Source of the DNA: Phoronis australis
Lineage: Eukaryota > Animalia > Phoronida
Assembly (NCBI GenBank): GCA_002633005.1
Contig: NMRA01000295.1
Span: forward strand, 18,105 to 82,104
Length of the DNA stretch: 64,000 nt
Direction: 5' to 3'
Part shown: positions 27,735 to 40,062 of the stretch, piece by piece
How positions within the stretch are numbered: position 1 is the first letter of the stretch
How the letters are laid out: each line of letters begins with the position of its first letter
The notes under the pieces: generated by a model
The model's database searches: none
What the model was told of the DNA's origin: nothing
Seen by the model: only the letters and a program-made list of their open reading frames with translations
Translations under genes and position numbers: made by a program

Positions 27735-27832
27735 TGCGTTCTGAAGGAAACTTACATTTTGACCGAGAAAATGTGGAGCTGAGGCAATCTGCGATAAACG
27801 CCACCTACAAGAGACTCTCCAAACTAGTTCTT
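27735..27832 (+). CDS. SPTBN5: beta-heavy spectrin internal exon 1 (of those in this window)
   Basis: Acceptor ttgtag, donor gtaagc. Encodes xRSEGNLHFDRENVELRQSAINATYKRLSKLVL, with phase 1 start and phase 0 end. Joins the next exon in frame. Confidence 0.85.
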
Positions 27833-27942
27833 GTAAGCCTTTTACCATCAAGTTCATAAACTATGCTGTTTACAATGTAGAGTAACAGATCATTTCCTTT
27901 GTATTCTAGCATGATTACATTTAGTAGGTTGCTAGTTTGCCC

Positions 27943-28186
27943 TTTTTGAACATGTGACTAATGTGTGTGCTTTTGAACAAGTGACTGTGCTTTTGAGCAA
28001 GTGACTAATGAGTGTGCTTTTGAACAAGTGACTGATGTGTGTGCTTTTGAACAAGTGGTTAATGTGTGTGCTTTTGAACAAGTGACTAATGTGTGTGCTT
28101 TTGAACAAGTGACTAATGTCTTTGTGCTTTTAGACAAGTGGCTAATGTGTGTGCTTTTGAACCAGTGACTTTGTATGTGCTTTTGA
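27943..28186. repeat. about 27 bp minisatellite x~9
   Basis: Unit gtgcttttgaacaagtgactaatgtgt. Confidence 0.9.
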
Positions 28187-28625
28187 AGAGCACCTGTTGA
28201 TGATGGGCAAAAGGAGGATTTTGTATCATTCCTTAAAGCTCCTTGAGGTCTGTATGTGGGTCAGTGCCATCATCGCTTCTCTATTCAGATTGCTCCTAGA
28301 GTAACCACAGTGATAATTCCGTGATGTGCCTATAAACTGAACTCTTTGCAAGAAACGACTTTTTGATTTAGATCACTTACTGCTATATAGTTGGTCTCAA
28401 CTTGTTCCTAACTTGTAGCGCCTGGTCTCAATCAATAGTGAATTGTCAGTGCTTTCTAATCCTTACAATCACCTCTAATTTGACTATAATGAACAATTTC
28501 AGATCAGTTTCATAATGGAATGTGGTCCAGATCAAAATTTGTTTTGTGGTGGGAGCCAATTTAAAGTCTGTTGTACTGTCTAATGTACAGCTGCTTGAAA
28601 TGAGTATATCATATTTTTGTTTTAG

Positions 28626-28712
28626 GCACGCAAGCGCCACCTAACAGATGCCATGCAACTGTTCCAGTTTTACCGAGAATGTGACGAATTTGAGTCATGG
28701 ATGGCAGACAAG
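28626..28712 (+). CDS. SPTBN5: beta-heavy spectrin exon 2
   Basis: Acceptor ttttag, donor gtttgt. Encodes ARKRHLTDAMQLFQFYRECDEFESWMADK, a spectrin repeat helix C/A junction with the conserved W. Confidence 0.92.
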
Positions 28713-28852
28713 GTTTGTATTGTAGTGTTACTGAGAGTACTCTAAACTTGCCTGGTTCAGTAGTACCCCTAATTATCAGTTTGTATTGGTAACATGAATA
28801 GTATCCTTCATAAGCAAGTTGTAGCTTATTTTTTGATACATTTTGGTACCAC

Positions 28853-29095
28853 TGCCTCTTTTCCTCCTTCCCTCACTCTTTCCCTCCCTCCCTCACTCTT
28901 TCCCTCCTGCCCTCACTTCCACTCTCCCTCTTCCCCTCCCTCCATCCCTCCCAATCCCCCTCTCTCCCAGTGTCCCTCCCAATTTCGCTCTGTCCTTTCA
29001 GGCCTGCTTGCCTCACTCATTCCCTCCCACCCCTGCCTCTCTTCCACCCATGGCTCCCTCCCACCTCTGCCTCCCGCCATCCTGACCCACCCCTT
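28853..29095 (+). repeat. C/T-rich low-complexity tract
   Basis: About 240 bp that is strongly pyrimidine-rich (ccctccctc...). Confidence 0.85.
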
Positions 29096-31066
29096 AAGAT
29101 CTATGGCAAAAGAGGATAATTTGACGTTAGTCATTCTTGTAAGTCAACCTAATCAAGAATACAACATTGTCTCTTTTTACTTAGGTGAGAAAGCTTTTGA
29201 TAGTTATGTCAAATGACTGCAGGTGATTATTGAGGACAAATTGGTGCAAGAGGTTGTTTTCTTTGATAGTTACAAGGCTTGGAATTTTCCGCGGAAACGC
29301 GGATTTCCGTTTTTTTCTTTTAGCCCCTCCGCGTATTTTCGTTATACTTCCGCAGAAAAAAATCGGATTTGCCATGAAACTATCGCGGCACATTGGTTTC
29401 TCACCGTGGCGTTGCCGCCGGCTCGAAAAGCGGAAACTGCTCTTTATGTTTTGGAGGAACGAAAATTGTAATTGTGGATCACAGGCGCTTGAATTTCTCG
29501 ATGACTTGTAACCATATACAAGAAACATGCTTTCTTAGTAGTGAGTGACGTCAGAGGCAATCGAGGAAGAGATAAATTCAAGCACTTGTGCCTGGGATAC
29601 CATGGTTCATCAATGGCGTCTGCATTTGGTGTAAAATCGTGGGGACAAATTAGTGCGATTCTGCTGTCAAAAATGCATGGAGCGTGGAGTAGACAGAATA
29701 TTTCGTGGAAAAGTGGATAAAAGAAACGGTCAATGTCTTCAAGAACTACATAAGTCAAGGTCTGTGCTCTGTAAACTTTGAGAGAGGAACAATTACGGAG
29801 TGCGTGGGCGAGTCGCCTCGGACTAAGTTGGAGTCGGAGGATCGACTGAAAATGATGAAACACCAGAAATAACAACGCTCCCTGAAAGGAAATTCAACCG
29901 TAACCGGTTATTCGTTCATGTTGGAATCGTAGGATGTGAGTGATGTATGAAATTCTTTTGTTTGATCCCAAATGCATGCTCGTTGCCGTTGGCTGCGAAG
30001 CCCTAACTAAGGCCTGACCACTTTGAGTGCAATTTTCTACGTGCCGCCGAAACGGGATATAAAGTGCTATTTTCGTTACTGCAAATGCGTTTTAAATTGC
30101 CTTTTATGTATTTCAATTTATCTTGACAATTTTTGTGTTCTATTTTGTGACGCGAGTTTTACAATTTTAGAGAAGTGATCACTAGACAGATTCTGAATGA
30201 TATGATTGGTCTAAGCCATTGTTTACAAATTCTGCCTGACTATTTTCAGTGTCCTGATAGAACTTTATTTCTTATGTCACATACTTTCTTCTACACCAGC
30301 GTGACTTATGAACAGTCAACTCCTGTAATTACTGTTGAAACTTAAAAGTTTGGCCAACTTAGGATTGTGATTGATACATTCTCCATGCTAACAGTTGGGG
30401 GTATGAGCCACAGGTTTTCGTCTTGACTTTTTCCATTTGCATTGGAATTAAAATTTTTGTTGGAATTAAATGTGTATGTATATCAGGCTTTCTAGGTAAT
30501 CTATGCATCAATTTTCAATTTTTTTGTAATTTTGTATAGTAATCATAAGAATTGAATATAATGCAAAGTAGTGCAGCAAATCAAGAATAGGCTCCTGCCA
30601 CTCAGACTGCAAATTTTTCATCATTATCGCTATTTTAATTTTAGAAAATATTTTTGTTGCATTTAATTGCCTTCATTGTTGTTGATGAAATAGATATCAG
30701 GTACTGCTTAAGATGAGTACGTTTCACAACACAGTAACTTTCGATCTGTTGAGGTATGGTTTAGATTGAAATGTGTATTTAGGGCCGTAAAAATTTCCTC
30801 TTTTTTTGTCATGGGTCATTCCAAGCTCTGTAGTTATGTCAAATGAGTGCAGGTGATTATTGAGGAAAAAAGTGTGTAGGATGTTGTGTTTCTGAGTATT
30901 AGCCATGTCACTGTGTGTAGCAGTCTTCTCATTATGTGTATTATTCATATCATTACATGTATCATTCTTCATAAATAATGAGTTGCATGCTATGAATGAT
31001 GTCTGCTAAGTTGATACCTTGCTTTCACTTGATTGTCGTAATTCTTGGCAAGTAGTCACAAAAGAG

Positions 31067-31248
31067 TTTGATACAACATATTCTATCATGAATGTACCCA
31101 TTGTTGATACAACATATTCTATCATGAATGTACCTATTGTTGATACAACATATTCTATCATGAATGTACCCATTGTTGATACAACATATTCTATCATGAA
31201 TGTACCCATTGTTGATACAACATATTCTATCATGAATGTACCCATTGT
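31067..31248. repeat. 36 bp tandem repeat x5
   Basis: Unit ttgatacaacatattctatcatgaatgtacccattg. Confidence 0.95.
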
Positions 31249-31479
31249 TTTTTTGTAGAATTGATCATTGGTATTATTACTTTATTAATGTACTCATTGC
31301 ATGTTTTTGATCGGTGCTACAAAAGTATTAAAACATATCTTTTGTTTGAAAATTTTATTAAAAAATGTGAGGCACACATTTTCTTTCTAATTTCATTTTC
31401 AGAGTGAAAAACAGTGTAGATCGGTAGCAGCCCTACGTTAACACAGTGTAGATTGGTTGCAGCGCTACGTTAATACGCT

Positions 31480-32731
31480 TCGGAATGTCCGCTATGTCCA
31501 TGATATCTTTGTAGATTATTCGCTTTTGTCCCTTCAAACCGTGCTTGAATCCAATTTGATATTAAAGTTCAGGTATGAATTGCCTGTCTGTGAAAAGTTG
31601 CCATTTCTCGATGTCCTTGTACATTAGTCTGACGGTGGGTTTCGTACTTCAGTTTATCATAAACCTACAGACATTGGTGCCTGTTTACATGCTAAAAGTT
31701 ATTGCCCTGAATGCTACAATCTGGCGGTTTGACTAGTTACCTCAAGAGGGCGCACCAGGTATCTGTTTGGCAAACATTCAACGTTGAAGTTCAACGCATC
31801 AAACAAGTTCTAGTTAAAAATGGTTCTTCTAATTCTTTTGTGGATAACCACATTAGGTCTTTCATATCTAGCATTGACTCCCATGCAGATACTGAATTAG
31901 TTCTAATTCCACTGGGGACCTGTATTATGTATTATAAGTTCTGTATGTCTAATAATTATCTGAGTGACGAGCATGTGCTTATTAAGAAGATTGTAAGGGA
32001 CAACGTTTTGGTGGTCAAACGTGGTGATAGATTGAATGTAGTTATTTATTATCAGAATATAAAGTCACATCACCTTGTCATGAAAAACAATCCCAGTCGT
32101 GAAAGACTACGACCAATAGCCAAATGTAATGTTGTTTAGCAAGTGTCATATGGACGAATGTCTTCGTCCTCATTCTCGTCAACAGCGTTACATTGGACAC
32201 ATGATGTGTTCTCTCTCGCAACGGTCGTCCATGCACTTGTAGGGGGAGGTCTATTCAAGATCATTTTGTTCACCAACATGGCTGAAAAATAACTAGGCAA
32301 GAAATGGTAGACAATATCATCATTCGTTATGTTAAAAATGACACATTTCTGCTAAAGATTTTGGAATCGCTATTGATCAGTCATGAAAAACCTGTGTTGA
32401 ATGAGCAGCTCACAGGTGTGTACTGCACGCTGGCTCTGTTTCGAAAGGCTTGTGGGCGTCCTACCGTGCATTGCATTTAAACTCTCTGCTTGCATTCCCC
32501 TCTTCCTGCTGTCACGTGTATTTCACTATTTATTTCGCTCTACATGTTTATCCCACTTATTGCCTGATGATGAGACATGCAGTCTCGAAATATAGCTAGT
32601 GTTAAATTAATTTGTTTGCTTGTTATGTCTCTTGGTGTTTTGCTATATAGCTACACACCTGAAGAAAGGAGATTGTTTTGACACTACGAGTGAATCAGTA
32701 TCAAGCTTTCAAACAAAAAGTTTTGTCATGT
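31480..32731 (+). mobile_element. 5'-truncated Penelope-like retroelement fossil (RT C-terminus, GIY-YIG endonuclease, pseudo-LTR)
   Basis: Decayed RT motifs RYV(H)DIFV, KLPFLDVLV, FRTSVYHKPT, YLKRAHQVS and VLVKNG, then NVV*..C...C...RYIGH and ILESLLI..EKPVLNEQ. Contains frameshifts and stops. Confidence 0.9.
32560..32598 (+). ncRNA. minimal type I hammerhead ribozyme motif, copy B (3' end of Penelope-like element)
   Basis: ttgc-CTGATGA-t-GAGAC atgca GTCTC-GAAA-tata-gcta, lying directly downstream of the GIY-YIG coding remnant, as expected for PLE hammerheads. Confidence 0.75.
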
Positions 32732-32787
32732 CAAGATTTCTATCCTCGAATTTTCCAAGTCCAACATTTGTTACTGTGTAATTCCAG

Positions 32788-32853
32788 GAGATCGTTCTAA
32801 AGAGTAAAGAAAGTCTGTCAGAACATGTTGACTCACTACGCCGGAAATTTGAG
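32788..32853 (+). CDS. SPTBN5: beta-heavy spectrin exon 3
   Basis: Acceptor ttccag, donor gtaatc. Encodes EIVLKSKESLSEHVDSLRRKFE, phase 0/0. Confidence 0.88.
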
Positions 32854-33112
32854 GTAATCAGTTTCAGTTGTTCTTTTTGTTTGAGTTACATTCACTGTCA
32901 CGTAGCATGATGAGCTACATGTTTGAGGATGTAATTATGAGTACTTCATCAGGTACTCATTAGTTTTCCTTTCCATGAATGTGAGTAATATTATCTACAG
33001 ACAAGATGACAGGTAGCTTGCTTTAATTTGTTGATTGCTTCATAGTAAGAGCTGATGGTCCAAAAGTATTTAATAAAATGGCTGTTCTGGTGTTTTACAG
33101 ATTTGAATTTTA

Positions 33113-35504
33113 CCGTAATCGTTCGGGTTAACGCCCTGGGCGGTTAAATTGGCGAATCCAAAAAATCGGGGGAGGGCGGTTAACCGAGCAGTGGGCGGTT
33201 AAATCGAAAATCCACCTAAAGTAGGGGATGGGCGGTTAACCGAACATGGGCGCTTATTACGTCAGACAACCGCCCTGGGCGGTTAATCTTACCTGGCGAT
33301 CTAAATCCCGACACGACAATCATACTCGGAACGCGTAGCCCTTTTCAAAGAGCTTTATCGTCACGTCGCCAAATGACTGAAAACATCATAACAGCGGATG
33401 ATCCCAACAAAGGTTCTCTTGCCCTCAGATTAGTCATTCACTATTAAATTTACAAAATTGCTGAGTAATAGCCCCGTGCCATCCTGCGGTGCGCAGACGA
33501 CCAGTGACCTCGCAGCCTCCACTAGAATAAAATTGTTTCAAGATGTGACCCTGCTTAAGTGCGCGCGTGCAAGCTTCACGTGTTGCAGAGGTCAGACATC
33601 AAATTTATGGTTACAGTCTCGTACTATATGTAGCTGTCAAGTTCCGACTCAGAGAGCAGTTTTAAAATTGGTTGTAATAAAAGTTTGAAAAACTTAACTC
33701 TGTTGTTTTTTTGTGTTTGGGATGTTATAGTCGACACTCCGTGACTCAATGACATTTTCGGCGTATGGTTCTGCGGCTAGCTGTCTTATCTCGACAGCCG
33801 GCATTGCTCTCTTGCCGTTGCGCCAAACATGCTATGCAAAGAAGTAAGACAAGGATCGGGGGTGGTCGAGCCAGTCGTCGATCAAGAATAAATTTTCAAG
33901 CAACTGCATAAATATGTTACAAAATGTCAGAAAACAGCAATGTTTCAATTCATTATTCTAAACGATCACCTTGCCAAACTTCGTGGTGGAAAAACATTTA
34001 TTTTTCATGCAAGATGTCCAGATTATCCTATTTATATCACTTGTAATATCGCACTGCGGCACTGTTCGGTCCCGCTGTTATCGCCCAATGTCTCAGTCGG
34101 CTGACAATCGTGACTTGGAAATGCCGTCAAGTAATATAACGGCCTCTTTCAATATGCATCTCGTTTTTTATGGCCAAAGATAGTGGCGATATTCAGCACG
34201 CATGTAGGGCCTACGTGTGAGTCACCTGTCAATCACATGTTGGTGTCAAGGTAACATGCACTCCAAAGTGTGGGAACTTGCGCACGTGCACCACTATAAA
34301 TCAGTCACACATAGCGACAGTCCGAAAAAACAAAAACGGGCGTGACTATGTGCTTTTAAGCTCTTGTTACGAAAGACCCAGTTCTTTACGATATTCCTCC
34401 CTTGCCAATGTTCCCGAAAACTGCGATGTCAAGTCTATTGCCATATTTCCCGGCTCGATGCTCCCTAAGCCCATCCCTGTAACTAGCTGTGTCAGTGAAT
34501 CTCCTACCCACTATCGTCAAGCAGTCTACGTCATAGATATTTCAGACTCGAATGGTAAGAATTTTTGTTCAGGCTGAAAATAGCCAATGTATGAACAAAA
34601 TTATTCTGGATGGCTAAAAAGGGGATGTGGAAATGATAATTCACACAGTCACGCTTTCGTGCAGGCTGACGCAAGAATAGTAAACAGCCAGCGACATTAG
34701 CTAAATCTGCTAGCCAGTTTGACTGAGATGCAATAAGCGAAAAACAAAATTTGACTAGCCGTTTTTTTATTACTTCAAGATCATACACAAACATACATTA
34801 TTGCCTACATTTGAATTCAGAAATCGACAGGCAGCAACGAAATCGGTAACCCAGTAAGGCACTTGTACTGTCCCTTCGGTCGCCCCACAACCTCTATAAC
34901 CCGGCAGTTATATTCATCAAAATATTGAGAATTTGACATCTTTCCGTGAGTTGTGAGATTTGTTCAAAATACGAGAGCTTCCCACCTTAATAGAATTTGG
35001 AGGGTTGGCAAAACCATTGTCACATTTCTCTGGCCTGATTTTTTCGAATATATGCTTTATCTAGTGTACTCCAGACGCTGAAAGCGGAGGTTTTGACGCC
35101 GGCGGCGTTCTTAAACTTTGCAAACAAGGGAAGAAAATAAAGTGACAAAAAGGTTCAAGTATTATATTTTAAAGTGAATTCATGACCCAAGACAACTCGT
35201 TACCTGTATTGTAATTCAGATTGCAAAACCCCCGTCTCGGAGTCCCGGCTTCGTTGCACTCATTGTGATGGTCGATCTTTTTCTAAAAGTTGGGGAATCG
35301 CGCGTTTCCTTAGCACTAGGCGCTAAATCTTCATTCTTTAAAAGTTGGGGATGGGCGCTTAACCAAGAGGTGGGCGCTTAACTGGAAATCTTCAAAAATC
35401 GCAGGGGGGCGCTTAACCGAGCAGTGGGCGGTTAAATCGAAAATCCACTTAAAGTCAGGGATGGGCAGTTAACTGAGCATGGGCGTTAACCCAAACGATT
35501 ACGG
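33113..35504. mobile_element. 2.4 kb Tc2/pogo-like non-autonomous element with subterminal repeats
   Basis: TA at both flanks, TIR CCGTAATCGTTCGGGTTAACGCCC / GGGCGTTAACCCAAACGATTACGG, and many GGGCGGTTAA / GGGCGCTTAA subterminal motifs. Confidence 0.88.
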
Positions 35505-37346
35505 TAGTAACAACATCTTTTTGCATTAGACATATTTTTAACTTGACAACCTCAAAGCTATTTCCTTTTGTAGCTATTTTTGTTGATGAGTAGGACAACT
35601 ACGCACTTTCAACTGTATGCAATTTGTATTTGAAATAAGCAACAGTCCATCATTAAAGAAGAATGATTTCTGATTTGAATTCGTTTTGGAACTTTGTAGT
35701 CAATTTCTGTAAAAACAAAAACACAAATTAAAACAGTTTCTCAAACTGTAAGTAGTGATACAGTGAGCAAGTTTTCAAATGTCAGAAGGTTTTAAGTTCT
35801 GTCCCCTGGTCGTGATGAGCTGTATCCCTTGGATGAATTAAGTTGTGTTGATGGTTGGAGTAAGTTGTGTCCCCTGGGTAGAATAAGTTGTGTCCCCTGA
35901 TTGGAGTAAGTTGTGCCCCCTTGCTTTTCAATTATGATAACCGTTGGTGTGCTCGTAAAAGGTACCCACTCATCCAATTAGATTGCACTGTGTGTACACG
36001 CCACGCTTCGCTAACTGGTAGCGCTGATTTTAAGCAATCATGTCACGGCATTCTGTCGTTCAGCAACTTTTCCAGACGTGAGGGGCTCTGAATGTGCGAT
36101 AACATCTGGCTCCTTTGTTAACTGCCCAGCACATCCTTTTGTCCCGTATGACATCAACCAGGCCAGTTATCTCCCTGGCTTCAAAGGGTTACTGCCAAAA
36201 CCTGGCACAATGGATTGTCTTAACTTCTGTTGTAGTTGGGCGATTTTGGTGATTCAAATACCAAATATGATCAGCATTTGACAAAGAATTCAGAAATGCT
36301 ATTGGTTTATGTTTAAATATGTTATAAACCGTAACTTTCATTTTTATCAGCACTGCCCAGTTAGGCTGGATACAGTCTGATCAGAGATAAGAGCAATTAT
36401 TGAACAAAAGAGAGCTGGGCCCTCCAGAACCATAAATGCCAGAATGGAATTAATTAGTCGTGTAAGATATTGGCTACAGGGGTGATCGTCCCAACTTGTT
36501 GTTGGACTATAGAATTGAACAAGTTGGGAGCAACGGGAAAACGCCGTAATGATCGTATATTCCTAGTGTGTTAAATTGTGAAAAATTGCCGACAACTTTT
36601 TGTGGGGTAGATTTTTCTGTAGGAAGTCAGCCAGTAGGACTAGTGCACTATTTGGGGTTGACTGAAGCCAATGCAGTGGGCGTTTTGCACACACATTTTG
36701 TTCAGTAAGTCAAACGTAATAAAATTAATTTTCCAACTTTTCTGATACTGCTGTATTGCGACAAAAAACCCAGAAACATACCGACCAAGGCTTTTGAACG
36801 GTCTGCCCTGAACAAACACTCCCGGCCATCCGCCATCGAAAAGCCACCTCTGTTGCAAAACAACGCCCACACTAGCCACACCAAATGATCTTGACTTGAA
36901 TCATTGAAAACAGCTTTGTTGTTGTGGGCTATACTGATTATTCACGCAGCGATAATGCAGCAAACCACGTGATTGGTGCGAAGCGCCACCTGTTTGCAGT
37001 AAATCCTTGGATGAATGGGTACCTTTTGCAGTGGGCTCAGTGCCAAAGGCCCACAGATTTTCAGTACCAGCCCTGTTACTTAAGGTAAAAAGTCTCACTC
37101 ACAATGTGGCCGACTAATGAAATTTAATTTTTTGTATTAAATACATAGTATCAATTTAATGCGTTATTAAGTTCAAGTGTTGTAGGACACATACTATGCC
37201 ACAAAATTTTGAAAACTGAGCACTCCCAACAATGTTAGAAGACTGATAAAAGGGGAGGTTTGGAAATTGGTTAGAATTTGTTGTAACAGTTTGCCGTTCA
37301 TTTGACCAGTGATGCCTGAATAATAATAACATTTATAATAATAAAC

Positions 37347-38149
37347 AAACATGATAAGGATTAAGTCAACCAAATGACATGCAGTGTTATCATTCAGTCA
37401 ACCAAATGACATGCAGTGTTATCATTCAGTCAACCAAATGACATGCAGTGTTATCATTCAGTCAACCAAATGACATGCAGTGTTATCATTCAGTCATAAA
37501 CATGATAAGGATTAAGTCAACCAAATGACATGCAGTGTTATCATTCAGTCAACCAAATGACATGCAGTGTTATCATTCAGTCAACCAAATGACATGCAGT
37601 GTTATCATTCAGTCAACCAAATGACATGCAGTGTTATCATTCAGTCATAAACATGATAAGGATTAAGTCAACCAAATGACATGCAGTGTTATCATTCAGT
37701 CAACCAAATGACATGCAGTGTTATCATTCAGTCAACCAAATGACATGCAGTGTTATCATTCAGTCAACCAAATGACATGCAGTGTTATCATTCAGTCAAC
37801 CAAATGACATGCAGTGTTATCATTCAGTCAACCAAATGACATGCAGTGTTATCATTCAGTCAACCAAATGACATGCAGTGTTATCATTCAGTCAACCAAA
37901 TGACATGCAGTGTTATCATTCAGTCAACCAAATGACATGCAGTGTTATCATTCAGTCAACCAAATGACATGCAGTGTTATCATTCAGTCAACCAAATGAC
38001 ATGCAGTGTTATCATTCAGTCAACCAAATGACATGCAGTGTTATCATTCAGTCAACCAAATGACATGCAGTGTTATCATTCAGTCAACCAAATGACATGC
38101 AGTGTTATCATTCAGTCAACCAAATGACATGCAGTGTTATCATTCAGTC
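37347..38149. repeat. 32 bp minisatellite with higher-order structure
   Basis: Unit agtcaaccaaatgacatgcagtgttatcattc, arranged as 4+4+15 units, each block preceded by aaacatgataaggatta. Confidence 0.95.
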
Positions 38150-39879
38150 GTGTGCCTTGCCACATCATACTTGTGGTTTGAACAATTGTTAATATCAGCC
38201 GAAAAGTAAAATATTGCAAAAAGTAATCAAAAACTTTAAAAAATGGTGTCACTCCCTTGAAAATCTATTATATCGTTCAAAAGCAAATTGACACAAGGCC
38301 TGAGGGTTGTTAAAGATAAACATGAAGTACTTATTTGTCCTGTTTAGCTGGCCAATAATGAAAATTGAATTAGTCCTTGTACTCTAATAGTATCAGCCTC
38401 ATCCTGCGTAATGTATATGTATATTTATAATACAGTAGGTTTATTGCAACACAAGTTTAAGACAATTCAATGTTGCAAAGAATTCGCCCAGAAAAAAAAT
38501 GTTATATTTAGGCTTCTATTTATTTAGCGATAATTTAGTTATTAATAACTAAAATATAGTAATGAGCAATACAGAGAAAGTAACAAAAATAAAAGGTAAT
38601 GGGCCTCATAATATTCTTTATTGTACTAAGATTCTATTTCTGTTACCATCAAGAAACAATAACCCTCAGCGACTCAAGCAGTCCATATTGGGGTTGGCCT
38701 ACTCTGAAATTTCAAGTTTTGAAAATTGCGTGTGTATGCATTGCCTACGAGTTGGGGGCTCAATCGGTTACAATTGTGCGTGTATGTGTTACCTGTGAGC
38801 TCAATAGTCCTTGTGCCAGTTAATAACAGTAATGCAAGATTCTGTTAGACTTAACTGTCACCGGAACTGGGGCAAAAGCTTGTCATTTGGCCATTTGCCC
38901 GATACGTTAGCAGAGTGTATTCTGTTCAGTTTACTTCAAGTTTTTAAACTTTTAGTGTGAAAAATGCCAAACAAGCATTGCGGTTATGGGAAATGTAATT
39001 CACATTAGCGTTACAATACTAATTCCCGTAACATTCTGTACTAATTTCGGTCCATGTATTTTAAATGGGCGTTAGGCGAAGTCCACTCACAGATTAAGTT
39101 TTCACCTCGTCAAAAATACATTTTAAACTTAAAACTATCACTTAAAAAGTGCTAACTTTTTCCAGTGAGCCTACCTTTATTTTTGATGAAGCATAGGTAT
39201 GAGAATTAAGGTGACTTTGGAGAAGAATTCCAACTCCACTTTTTTGGTTACTGTTAACTTTTTTACCGCAATAACCACAAAGTATTTCTACTGAGTCACG
39301 TGAGTTAGGCAAAGGCTAGCGTGAGACTGAGTGAAGCGCGTGACACTTGCAAAATAACATAGGAAGATATCAAGGAAGATTTGTAAGATTTATGTCCCTT
39401 GGACTTTTTGTTCGTCAACAGGCGTGGTTTCACCTAACTTCCTCAAAATGGCACTAGGTGAGAGAAACTCGAGCAAACCACGACAGATTTTCATGTCGAA
39501 TATGTTCAAGTTATTTGGTGACTAAATTGTAACCAGAGTCATAGTATGCATTAATTATAACTCCATGTAACTTTTTATGGGAATGTACTATCGCCCTGTA
39601 TGCCTGCGGCATTCAGGGCAGTAATTACCTAGTCTGGGTCGAGTTCCAATTTCAGTCCGTTCACAGGTTCGCACAACATAACAAATTCACCCTTTCTCCA
39701 TCCAAGCAGTTCCATCAACCACCTCTTAAGTTCGTAGTAATGTTTTAAGCGTAAAATTCTCCATAAAAACTCTTATGTAGCAAAGACTCATGTGCAAAAC
39801 AAGGGCAATATGGCGAGTTTTGCCCTACTTCCGGTGACGTTACAATGAAGAACTGTAAACTGGCAAGTGAGCTGTTGGT

Positions 39880-40062
39880 TATGTGTTGCCTGTGAGTTGG
39901 GGGCTCAATTGGTAACAAATGCAAGTGTGTGTTGCCTGCAAGTTGGGGGTTCAATTGGTAACAATTACGCATGTATGCATTCCCTGCGATTCGGGGACTC
40001 AATTGGTAACAATTGCGTGTGTATGTCTTGCCTGTGAGTTGGGGGATCAATTGGTAACAATT
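39880..40062. repeat. ~44 bp tandem repeat x4, with further copies at 38720-38800
   Basis: Unit gttgggggctcaattggtaacaattgcgtgtgtatg..cctgtga. Confidence 0.85.

Noticed and set aside
37347-38149. CRISPR-like array of 32 bp repeats
   Set aside because: Units are contiguous with no unique spacers, no cas genes are present, and the context is a eukaryotic intron.
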